From the NCBI GenBank assembly GCA_973895155.1, contig OZ316896.1, forward strand, positions 14,191,542 to 14,255,541: a DNA stretch of 64,000 bases, in the 5' to 3' direction. Source of the DNA: Marsupella aquatica (taxonomy: Eukaryota; Plantae; Marchantiophyta). The notes below the pieces were generated by a model that saw only the letters and a list, made by a program, of their open reading frames with translations, did no database searches and was not told the DNA's origin. Within the stretch, counting starts at the first letter, position 1. Every line of letters begins with the position of its first letter. Positions 49,364-60,480 of this stretch are shown in pieces. The position numbers were made by a program, and so were the translations under genes.

Positions 49364-51422
49364 CAGCAACACGGGCAGCAACGATTAAATAGGCAAAACA
49401 TGGAGCATGAGCGCCATCAGATAACTTACTCCCACTTGCTATTATGATCTTTGGAGACTTTTATCATCACTTCGATGGGCTCCTTCGACAAACAGCTCAA
49501 GACATTCACGAACAGGCAGGTTACATCAGTCCACCACCATCCATTTCAACAACACACTTTTGTCAAACTCAAACTATCTATCAGAGATCTCTGATCATGG
49601 GTATGTGTGCCTCAGCAAACACTTGCCCCATTGGAATCTATGTCCCACTTGCATACTTAGTTACAAAACTAAATGTGTACCATTAGCTCATCACTCTCTT
49701 GAGGTGGTACATTTTTTCCCATTACATGATTTTTTTTGTACTCTTTCTAAGTTTTTGGGTTTACCTCTAAACTTCTTTAGAGTTTGGTCTTGGGCCCCTT
49801 TGAACATCTTTTGCTTTTACTTCACTGTGCTTTGTTTGGCACTTTTTTGTAAATAAAATTAGACTACACACGTAAATTATCTTATCGAATTGGAATCTAC
49901 GTATATCGAGAATGTAGTTCATTCACACGTATGGGCCACGAAATGTCAGTACATCTCAAACGAGCAATTTTACACTCACTTCTTCGTCAAGTATGGAGCC
50001 ATTCTTAAAGCTTGCCGAACCCCGTTCTGATGCCAAGGACCAGATTTTATGCGTCCAAACTTTGTAGAGCCTGTTCAAGTTCCCCCTGCTTAACATTGCA
50101 GCTCTTTCAGTCCCATTGAAACAAACTCCACAGAGCGATTCAAATCTGTTCTGCTACGGGCATACAGGTCATTGAAAGGATTTGTGTCATCGCATATGCG
50201 AAAATTAGTTTGCCTCTAGCGCCAAGCTAACGACTGGGATCGATGGCATGGACGATGCAGACGAGAAAATTCACTTACCTGCAAATACATTGATTGCTAG
50301 AATTTCACTCGTGAAAGTGCTTGCTATGGGTTCAAAACTCCCGACAGAAGATGGCAAAACTGCACCACAGGAAACGTTTCAACTCGGCAGGCTAGTTTAC
50401 GCCTCCAATCATCAGAGAGGTTTTACAACAACATTTTGTTGAACATCCTTGCCAGAAACCTCCTGTCGTTTGACAACCATCGACACCACTTCCTTGGATC
50501 TTTAAAGGGGTTTGCTAGAAGACATCTTAGGAAGAGGACCGACTAACGAGCCTTCATTGCAGCTTATTTTCGAAGGCTAACCTTCCGAACTTGGTAGGCT
50601 GGATTGTCCCGACGAAAAAGTCGGTTTCCATCAAACACCGGTTCCTGTCTGTATTACTGGGCAGAAAAAACACGCCTCTTACAAGCGCTACCGTGCACCT
50701 TGGCCGACTAGTCTGAATGTTATACATAGGAGCTAAATTGCAAACATCCGAAGCTTGTGAAAAAGAAAAAGCAGCAGAGGCTTATGAAACCATGTACAGA
50801 TCGGGACCTCAAACGTTGACTAGGGACAGGATATTCACTTTGGAAAGTCAGACGTCTTAGCAAAGAGACTCAAAATGTCATATCATACTTAGCTGCCATA
50901 CTTGAAGGAACGGGAATATGTACAGAGTGGATTGTCGTCCACAAAATATCTGTATCAAAACTTCTCAGGGAGAGTTCGATTATGAGTCAAACCTCACTTT
51001 TTTCCAATTTAGCCGTACCAATATCTTCCCAAGATTCTTACAACCTTCACAATATACATCGTACTACGGCCGAGAATCTAACTGCATACATGAGCCTCGG
51101 AGCGACCCTGCTCTCCATGGAAGTAATTCTGAAGTAAGTACTTCCATGGAGAACAAACGCTAAAAAATGTGCAGCAACTCCTTTTCTCACGGGCGGATGA
51201 CAAGCTACGTCTCACCAACCGATGACCAGCTTTCCCTCCGCACTAGAAAAGGTAACAGGTGTTTGGCACAAAAAATCTTCCTCATAAGACTTTCAGGAGT
51301 GATCGTAATAGGTGACCGTCGTCGTTCACATGACAAGCAAAGTTCGGTGGTAAATGATGGACGTTTGTCGTTGGAAACACACACACTGGAGATTATTGAA
51401 GATGAGATTGTCTTCACATCAC

Positions 51423-51773
51423 CTAATTATTAGAAGATCGTTTGACAATGCCGCTGATGTACGCCTTCGTTTCGAGTTCTGAGCAAGTACTGTCAAATCT
51501 GAATTCGTTACCACAATACGCATTGCCGTAAATGAGAGTAGACATGTCCCCGCTGTAAGCTGCATTGACCATAATGTTCACATAGGCGTCTCTGAGACGA
51601 GTCAGAGCCTCGCTCACTTTGCTTGGCTTCTTCCTTCGCCAGCTCTTCTTCTTGAACGTCACCGAATTCCCTGGCTCGACCCCGACGAGTGTCTCGCATG
51701 TCACGTCCGGCGCCCTCCTCTTTCTCCGATTGCGCAGGCTCACGAACAGATCACAAGGCCAGAACGCAGTCAT
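51423..51773 (-). CDS. 116-aa basic plant protein with LxRLRDAYVNxM motif (uncharacterised land-plant family)
   Basis: First ATG at 51773. Arg/Lys-rich stretch followed by LTRLRDAYVNIM, a motif recalled from uncharacterised plant proteins. GA-rich leader-like sequence lies upstream. Confidence 0.55.
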   Translation of the reverse strand: MTAFWPCDLFVSLRNRRKRRAPDVTCETLVGVEPGNSVTFKKKSWRRKKPSKVSEALTRLRDAYVNIMVNAAYSGDMSTLIYGNAYCGNEFRFDSTCSELETKAYISGIVKRSSNN

Positions 51774-53234
51774 CGCTTCCAGATATTGGTTGTTGGTAAA
51801 GCTCACCAGCTAACCAGGACAAACCTCTTCAGGACCCCAAGGCAGCTTTCTCGAGCCCGTGCTTTCCTCTCTTTCATCTGCCGAGGGCTCACTCATCCAG
51901 ATAGAGCTTGCTCACTCTCACCATGAAGTTTGACATGCAGTTTTAAACGGAGTCCAAAATCAAAATCAGGATAGACATCTTTGATGGGCACTGGGCTTAC
52001 AAGTACCTTCTCTGGCATCGGACGACGCTGGCCCAATGCTGCCATAAACAATCCTTCAGTACAGTCTTCTCCAGGAATTCTTCATCATTCTTCTTCGTCT
52101 TCTACGCGTACTCTCGCTCGCTCTCCCCGTCTCTCTATAACGCGCGCGCGTGAGGAAGCATGCGAAATTGCGAGGCCAAAGTTGAAAGTGCAGCAGAATG
52201 CTCTAGAGGCTCGTGTGAGCTTGAAATCCGCGCGCCTTCTTGCTTTTTTGCTTTTGATCGGCACTATTATATCCCAGCAGACAGAACCAGCATTTCAAAA
52301 ATGTCTGAATCACACCTGACATTGCAAGCGAGCAGCGAACCGATGCAAATCAGAGTACTCGACTCGCAGCAAACGGACAGAGTATGACGTATAGTACGAT
52401 GTCAAAAAATGTGCCCGCAAATTAGCGGAAGCTCTGGCATGCTTCTTTGTGTCAATGCCGTCGTACTCAATTCTACTCCTCCACAGTGATTCAACTTTGC
52501 TATGGCAGAACAGCAGAGTAATTAGTGTTGCAGCGAGTCTTCCAGAGAAGAGTCGCTGCTCGCAAAGTTAAGGTGAAGTGAAATTGCGTTCCTTACTCTC
52601 AACTTACCGCATAGCATACGACCGGTGGATAGGGAGCTCGTCATTTTGAATTCGACTGTAGCAGTTCTCTCTGGACACCAAAGACTGCGCAGTGAAGTAG
52701 AGTCGACCACCATGTCCCTGGACCCTGGTACCTCACCGTACTTCTGTGGTCTGACGATCACGAGGCTCGACATCATTCGGATTTCTGACTCGATAGGAAA
52801 CACTGTACGAGTAGGCCATTCGTTGTGATCCGGCGAGATCGACACTCCGACAGACTGACAAGCGCGCACCGTGCCAGTCTGCAATCCACGCCGATTATTT
52901 CGGAAAACATACCATCGATGTACTGTAGATTGAAGCACTGTTCGAGATCAACATAAAATGGCCAAAAAGAACTCCTCTCAAGAATCAGTGTATTGATGGC
53001 AAGATTGGGCTGAAGCCAATAAGAACTCCTCTGAAGAATTCACTTACTATGGATGGGAGGATTGGCCCGAAGCCAACCCCTGAACAAAGAATATAGGCTT
53101 GTGCCTCAAGAAGGATGCTAGATGAGGTGCATATGCTTGCCAAGGTCAACCCTGAAAACTGATAGGAATCAAGGAGAGGCTTTTGCCTTGAATACCTAAA
53201 GTTGACCTATCCAATAGAGGATAGATTTACTCAG

Positions 53235-53445
53235 CATGCACCTTTGTAGGGTAGCTCACAAGGGGGGTCATACCCAGTACCAGGAGGGAGAGAGAGTTGG
53301 ACCAGAGCCCCAAAGTTAACTAGCCAAGGTCTGAGGAGAAACCAGGACTCCCACCACTACACCCCACCCTCCACAACCCTTGCATGTAGAGGGGGGATTA
53401 AAACTGGGACCTCTATATTCTAGTCTCATTCCTTGGCCAACTGAC
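53235..53445 (-). mobile_element. Diverged second copy of the SINE
   Basis: Shares ACCAGGAGGGAGAGAG, ACTCCCACCACTACACCCCACCC and CTGGGACCTCT...TTGGCCAACTGA with 13560-13778; boundaries approximate. Confidence 0.65.
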
Positions 53446-55697
53446 CAGTGCTAGTTGGTTCAAGGAAAGGCTTTTGAGAAGGTTTGGTTCTTCTGGAAAC
53501 AAAAATAGAAGTAAATAAAACACAATGTACTCTAAAGGAAACGGATTGAAGTAAAGATCAGAATTTGAAACCCCTGTTGGTCTTTGAAACCCCCATGGGC
53601 CACATCTCCCAGAATTTAAGTTTAATTGTAATAAGTTCATATTCATAAATTCAAATATATTCAGGTTTGGAGATATACTAGAGGAGTAGGTGAGCTACAC
53701 TTCCATCAAAGTTACAGTTAATTTTGGACATTTTGGTTGAGTTTTCATCAAAAAAATACAGGGGGGGTAACTTTCACTATATTAATTTACATTGCATGTG
53801 TTAATTTGAAATATCTAGGCTTGTTTGTTTCTAAAGTCTCCTCCTACTCTAGTGGTGCAAAACTAATTTTCTGTACATTTTGGTTGAGTTTTTCATCAAA
53901 AAATACCGGGGGAGGTAAATTTCATTAGATTAATTTACATTGTGTTAATGTGAAATATCTAGGCTTGTTTTTTTTCTAAAGCCTCCTCCTACTCTAGTAC
54001 TCATAACCATCAAGTTATGGGCCAATGGACCACCATTGTGGTCTATGGGAACACAAATGTCCAACATGGTGGTCCTTCCTGGCTTCAGTTTCTACAAATC
54101 AAGAACGCTAAAGGAAACAATTGACTTGTGTAAGAAGTCTCACTTGAGAGCATTAACTCTCGTGCAAACCCAAAGGCATGTACAATACTTGCTTGGAATG
54201 TGTAACAGAGCATCGATTTCGCTTCTACCCCAGATTGGATGCCCTACAGCCAGCGCTCTCCATCGCTACTTCTTCATCGAGGTGCATTATAACACGGAAA
54301 TTGCCATCTAGACTCTTGAAGGTACACAAGAATGATCCCTTTGATGAACACTCACGATGTTGGCTCTGAATCTTCAGTTTTCCTAATATCTATTCCATAC
54401 GCAAAGTACCACGCTGTTGGGAAAACCATCTACGGTGACTAAGATAAATGCAACTAAGCGAAGACCACATAAGAACTCGGAGCGCCAGGCAAAGAGCAAG
54501 GCAACGAGGCGCCGCATAGGAAACGGAAATGCACCGCAACTAGCGGCATCCAGTTGAACTGCACAAAAAGAGTAGCCTGAAGATCGCAATTCCAACACAT
54601 GTATTTCCCGTGAGTGTATGTAAATGGGTTACCCACTAGAGTCGGGTCACAGTGGAGCATCTGAATTTAGCACTTGAATTTCGGTGCCTTGATCGGTCTT
54701 CGGTCAATAAAACCGAGGGTTTGATCTGGTTACCAACTGTCATCCAATAAGAGGAGCAGCAAGCACTTTGACACGCTCGGTGTATATTTTGGATTCGATC
54801 CCTTATATACCGTAAAGGAAGTTCATTTAAAAATTCAAGCATTATTCGTTAAAAGCCTACTTTAGTCTCTCGAGTAGGATTTCGGACAGACAGGTTTCAT
54901 CGTGAAGTCAAATTGACTCTTAATGGATGAGAGGAGCCTCACCATGGCCTCACGATTTCATGCCAACCTTCCAAATTTTTAAATGTCGGAATCTATGCTG
55001 ACTGGCAGTTGCAAATTGCAATTGGAACGTGCTGGATGAGGGAACTTGGAACATTCTGACATGGATGCATTAATTGCACGGTCAAATGCTGGTATCTCAC
55101 TTCCGTGTGCAGAGTGAGCTGCAAAGTGATCCCTGACTTCTTACTGTCCACACAGAAGTAGCACGGAAAACTGTCGGCTGATCGATCGATCTTAGCTTGG
55201 AATTCGAATAATCCATGTTCAACTCGGTAAGATCGCCATAGATTCAGGTTACAATTTGATGAGCAGTTTCACATCTCGTAATAACGTTACTATATTAAAC
55301 TCTGTGGTATATGTACAGAATTTCCCCCAGTTTCTAGCTCATGAAGAAGGGCTATATTTCTTATATCGTATGGAGTGTTATGTACGCCTATCAGAGACCA
55401 TGCTAATCATCTGCGCTCGATCGGTCGGAACATATATAGCTCCATCAAAAACGAAGATGGAACGAGTACATTCTCAACTTGAATCGAACTAAAGTAGATT
55501 GACGACTGTATTGACAGCTCGATACAAATCCAGTTTGGGAGTGTTGTGCCTACCGAACTACGACCCCCGATGATCGAAGAAAGACTGACTGTTGGATTTG
55601 CGAGTATGTTGAAAGCAACGTACATGCAATTGGCTTGAGCTACATAATTCTGATCCTCTGATCGATCGATGAGCTTTCTTAACAATCTTATCAAAAT

Positions 55698-55871
55698 CTA
55701 GCCACCACCCCCACCGAATCCGCCACCGTATCCAGCCCCACCTCCACCTCCGCCAGGACCCACACCCCACTTCGAGCCCCCGCATCCTCCTCCACCATCT
55801 CCACCATCTCCACCACATTCACATCCACATCCTCCACCACCTGAACTTGGCTTGCTCGAACCACACCCCAT
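55698..55871 (-). CDS. 57-aa glycine-rich MGCGSSK small protein (paralog of 11891-12067)
   Basis: MGCGSSKPSSGGGGCGCECGGDGGDGGGGCGGSKWGVGPGGGGGGAGYGGGFGGGGG*; TATA-like TATATATA near 56105. Confidence 0.7.
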   Translation of the reverse strand: MGCGSSKPSSGGGGCGCECGGDGGDGGGGCGGSKWGVGPGGGGGGAGYGGGFGGGGG

Positions 55872-56673
55872 CCTGAACGTTCTCGGGGGCGATGGGTGTA
55901 GTCGAGTAAAATCGCCTTTGTAAGCACTTCCACGATCAAATCCGAGAGCACTTCCCATGCCAGTAGTCACTTGAACGATCACACTTGTTGGGATGTAGTC
56001 CATGAACATGTGCTCTCACGGGCAATGTTCACTCACTACAACGAAGTATGTTTCACAACCATTCTCACTCAGAAATCTGACACCAAGTGCCTCACTCCGC
56101 TGTATATATACATACACTGCCCCTGCATAGAAGATAACAAGGTGAAAAAACTGTATGGAGTTGAGAAAAGATGGAGAGGAGAGAAAAAGGTTAAACAAAT
56201 ATCAAGGTGACAAAAAATGTCAAGAAAAAATGTCAGAGATGACTAAAATATGTCAAAGTGAGAAAACATTGGTGAGGAGAGAAAAATATGTCATGGTGAG
56301 AAAAATATGTCAAGGCAAGAAAATATATCAAAGGAAGGCAAAGATTCTGAGGCCAAGCAAGAAAATATAGACCTTGAGAGATCTAGTTGTTGAGGCATGT
56401 TATGTGTTATTTTGGCCATATAGTCGTTGTGGTTGTGTTCAATACCTGTGCGTTGTAAAGATGACATCGCTGAAGAAAAGAAGTTGGTGCGTAAAATATG
56501 TCGTTGCATAAAATATATCATTGAAGAAAAGATGTCCATGTGAAAAAGATGTCATCCCGCAAATGACTTTGATGAGGCAAAGATGTTTTGTAAAAGATCA
56601 CAAATGGAAAAAACAAACATATGCCTGACCTTAGAAAACAGGAAAGGTGGGACGGGTGGGCAAGGTTTCATCA

Positions 56674-57017
56674 TGTTAGATATTGCTCTAGTCTTGTGAC
56701 TCATGAGCTAACCATAGTTAGTCTAACTCGGGTTAGGACTTAGGTAATGTTAGCGCTAGTGCGATTGTGCATATAGCCAGGACTGATGCCAGACCCTGGT
56801 GAAACTTAGGCTCATTGTTACGGAGCTAGTTGAGAGATAGGGAGAGCTTGTGATGTGGATGCTTGGTATGGCCGGTTGGCCTAGAGTGCAGTAAAGCTCA
56901 TGTGTGTTCCCGTGGACGTAGCCTCATGTGGAGGTGAACCACGTATCTCTCTGTGTCGACTATTGTGCGTTGGATGGTTCATGGGCTTGCCGTTGCAAAT
57001 GTCGTCTATGCTCAACA
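56674..57017 (+). mobile_element. Solo LTR (344 bp)
   Basis: TGTTAG...CTCAACA with TSD CATCA; absent from the left arm (~11110). Confidence 0.85.
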
Positions 57018-57238
57018 CATCAGACGATCAGGATTGAGGTGTCCAAAACTCATTTCATAAATAGACCAAACGGAAGCATTTGGGCAGGTCCCTCATTGCA
57101 GTGTTAATGAGTTTCCCAAGTCCAATGCTTGTGTATTGCACAAATGACGTCAAGAAAAAAATATGTTGAATGAAGAGGTGTTGAGTGGAGAATTATCAAA
57201 TATTGGAGATTGAACATTTTAAATTTGTTGAAACTAAT

Positions 57239-58721
57239 AGTGGTGGACCTTGCCACCCAACGCCCTCACCAATCCCAGGACTCGTGCCTAAGTGCTCCTG
57301 GTGCCCGAACGCCTCCACGGAATACCTCGAGCAAGCACCCTAGTGCCCCTTGCACCGCCAGCGGCCCCTCCCATACGAAGCCGCACTTGCTTACCTACAC
57401 AACCGCTACTCAACAGTCCTCATTGTCTGCACAAGCAACCAAGCACCTCGGTAAGTAACCCCTCAGGATCTAGAACTCGCCAAGTCTAGCATCCTAACTC
57501 AAGCTCAACAGACGTTGGTAAATAGGTCAGCAATAGGTACTCCTGATGCCATAAGCCGGAACCAGAACCCACGCCCACTCTTCGTCCAGAACAGCTCCTT
57601 CCTTGGGCGCGGTCCGGGTTCCCCCTCGTACCTATCCATCACCAATTGACCGCCCTGACCCCAGGACATGCTCATGGCCCAAATAGCGTAGCTTGTCCTA
57701 AAGCTTGTCCCAACGAGCCGGGACCAGAATGGCCCCGACCCTAGAATCCATTCCCAGTTCACCTCAATGATGGTCTAGGAGCCAAACACTCTTGGGACTC
57801 AACCTCCACACCTACTTGGCCTTGCCTCCCCAACGCAAGCTCCCTTGGGAGACTGAACGCGGCTTGGCTGCTATTTGGCAGGATTTGGCAAGCGGGCGAG
57901 TTAACACTGGCACACCCCGATACCCCAAGGTACCCCCAGACCCAGCTGAGCTCAGGAGGGCTACGCCCTCCTCAAGAGCTTTCCAACGCACCCAGGAAGT
58001 CCTCCAACGGACTTCCCGTTGGGAAGATCTCGCCATTTCCGTTTGGCGGTTTCCCTTAGTGTCGCGATCGTCGCGGCTCACGACTTCAGCTCGCCCTTGG
58101 CCCCCAGGGAGACACCACTCCCCTCATATATGCTTCTGGAGACCTGCCGCCCCCGGACCAGCTTTGGTCCCTAAACATTTGGCCCCCAACCCGGATCCTA
58201 TCGCGCATAATGGGCGCGCCCTCAACTAGCAACGCCCATAACTTTCCCGTTAGGCATCCGCAAGCGGAGTGCCTTAGCCTGTTGTGATTGGGCCGACCCA
58301 GTGCTCATGCCTAGGCCCTCAGGTCTCATCGCCGCTCAGGGCCCCCGACCGGCCCAACCCGGATCGGGCCCTAACTTGCGCCCCAAGCGTCCGTCGCCCA
58401 TGGTGTCAACTCCATTGGCCTTGGGCCCAAGAGGAGCTCACACTCCAGCCCTCAAAACTCAAAGTCCATCCGGAGGTCCGGACGGCCATCCTTGAGCCCA
58501 ACCCATTTCCCCTTGACCCGACCAACTATGAGCTAGTCCAAGTTCTTAGTGTGTGTCCCCAGCTTGGCTCCTTGCCTCGCTAGTGCCACGTCTCATTGCC
58601 CACAAGTATCCCCATGCTAAGTCCTCCCCGGATGGCCTATCCGGGCCTGGACCATAAGAGAGCTCGGCGTCGGAGTCAGCGACGCCGGAGCTAAGTGTTA
58701 AGGTAGTCGAGTTCCGCGACT
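57239..58721. mobile_element. GC-rich solo-LTR-like insertion with AGT...ACT ends (1483 bp)
   Basis: TSD CTAAT (57234-57238 and 58722-58726); termini AGTGGTGGA...TCCGCGACT; absent from the left arm (~10890). Confidence 0.8.
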
Positions 58722-60054
58722 CTAATGCACATCAATAGTATTAATAGACAATGAGTTCAATGCCTTTATGTTTGCAGAGTGGCCAGTTGAGCAAAAGTTT
58801 TGTTGAGCCAAGAAGTTATGAAGCAGGATTGTTGATAACCAAAACCATTTTTCTGCAATAGAGTTCTCTAGTAAAGGTCTCATTAAGCGTAACTGACTTG
58901 GTACTGAAGTGCTATTGAACAAAAAAAGGGTTTTTAAGTAGTAAGTCAACACAAGAGAAATGAATGTGATGTTATTTTTGGAAGTCTCTCGGTTATGAAA
59001 TAATGGTGCTAACAAAGTGTTGTTACCCTTGGGGGAAGAGTGCATGCAACTAGAAAGGATTAATTTGCTGAACAAAATTCAAAGCATGAGTTGTAGGGCA
59101 GGCAGGAGAGGTGGAAGTTGCATGCAAAAGTGAAGAATGCAATGGACACAAAAATTTGTGGTCCAAAAAGAGTGCAATATGAAAACATAAGAGTTCTTGT
59201 GCATTGCAACAAGAGAATTGTTATTCAGGCAGAACACAATTGACACTATAAATGATGTACAGAAAAGAGTGCAACAAAAGTAACATAAACTTTGTGTAAT
59301 TTGTTGAAGCAAACAATTGATGAGAAAATCTGAAAAAGTGAGTTGTGGATGGGGAGGAGAAGTAGAAGTTGCACGGCAAGGGAGTTTTTTGCTTTTGTCT
59401 CCATCCCCGACCCAAAATTAATCGATGGACCCCCATGTTCATCCAAGGAATGTGTGTGTGATGAAGTGAAATCAATTTTGGCAAAGCGATAACCAACGGT
59501 TTTGAGTCTCCCGATGGTATTGGTGTGTGCTCATACAAAAAAACGCTCAAAAGATAGAGGAGATTTATCAAACGGAAGGTTGAATGTGAAGGAATTGAAG
59601 TTTTTGACGGTTTTTGCTTACACATTGAAGAAAATGTGTTTCTATCATTCTTGATTGATCGTTTGTGAGTTACATTGAACATTACCGCCACACGACAGAC
59701 TGGAGGACAACACTCAACTGTTGGCAAAAGAGCGCTTGTCGATTTGGTGGGAAGAACACACAAAACAAAAAAGCCATCACTTCACACGAAGGATTTTTAG
59801 GTTTTAATTTTTATTTAAGAAAGCTATGGTGTGAGGGGGAGACCAACAATTGTTTCTTTGACATAGAGGCTGCATTTGGCGTCAACCTGTGTTCAGAGTG
59901 AACTTCAGTTGAAGACTAGAGGGATGCGAACAATTCGAGCCGGGAAGCAAGCATTGTGGACAAGCAATGGAGATGTAATCAAAGAAATCAATTTGCAGCT
60001 GCTAAGTTTGTGACGGTGACGAGATTGTGATATCTCTTAATTGTGACAAATTTT

Positions 60055-60480
60055 TTGCCTTTCCAATGAGTGTGAGTATAAAAAATTTTAATCATGAGTT
60101 CATGAATTCTTTTAGCTTTCCAACATTGAGTCCGACATTGACAAATTTTATGTCAGATTTTGTCACAATACTAAAGAGATCATGAGGTTCAATCTCTTTA
60201 GCTTTCTAATGTGTGACATTGAGATTATTTGTCAAGAATTAGAGAGATCATGAGTATCTGAATTTTTTTAGCTTTCCAATGAACCTAACATTGATAGATT
60301 TTGTCAAGTACTAAGGAGATGATCGATGAGTTTTTAATTTTACTCTAGCTTTCCAATGAGTGTGACATTGAGAGATTTTATCAAGACAGCACTAAAGAGG
60401 TCACGAGTTTCTAAATCTTGATCTTGAGTTTTCCAATGAATCAAACATTGACAGATTTTATCAAGTACTAAGGAGATTGA
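60055..60480. repeat. Degenerate ~60-bp tandem array
   Basis: About six to seven recurrences of TAGCTTTCCAATGA..GACATTGA.AGATTTT.TCAAG..TAAAGAGATCATGAG. Confidence 0.7.
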
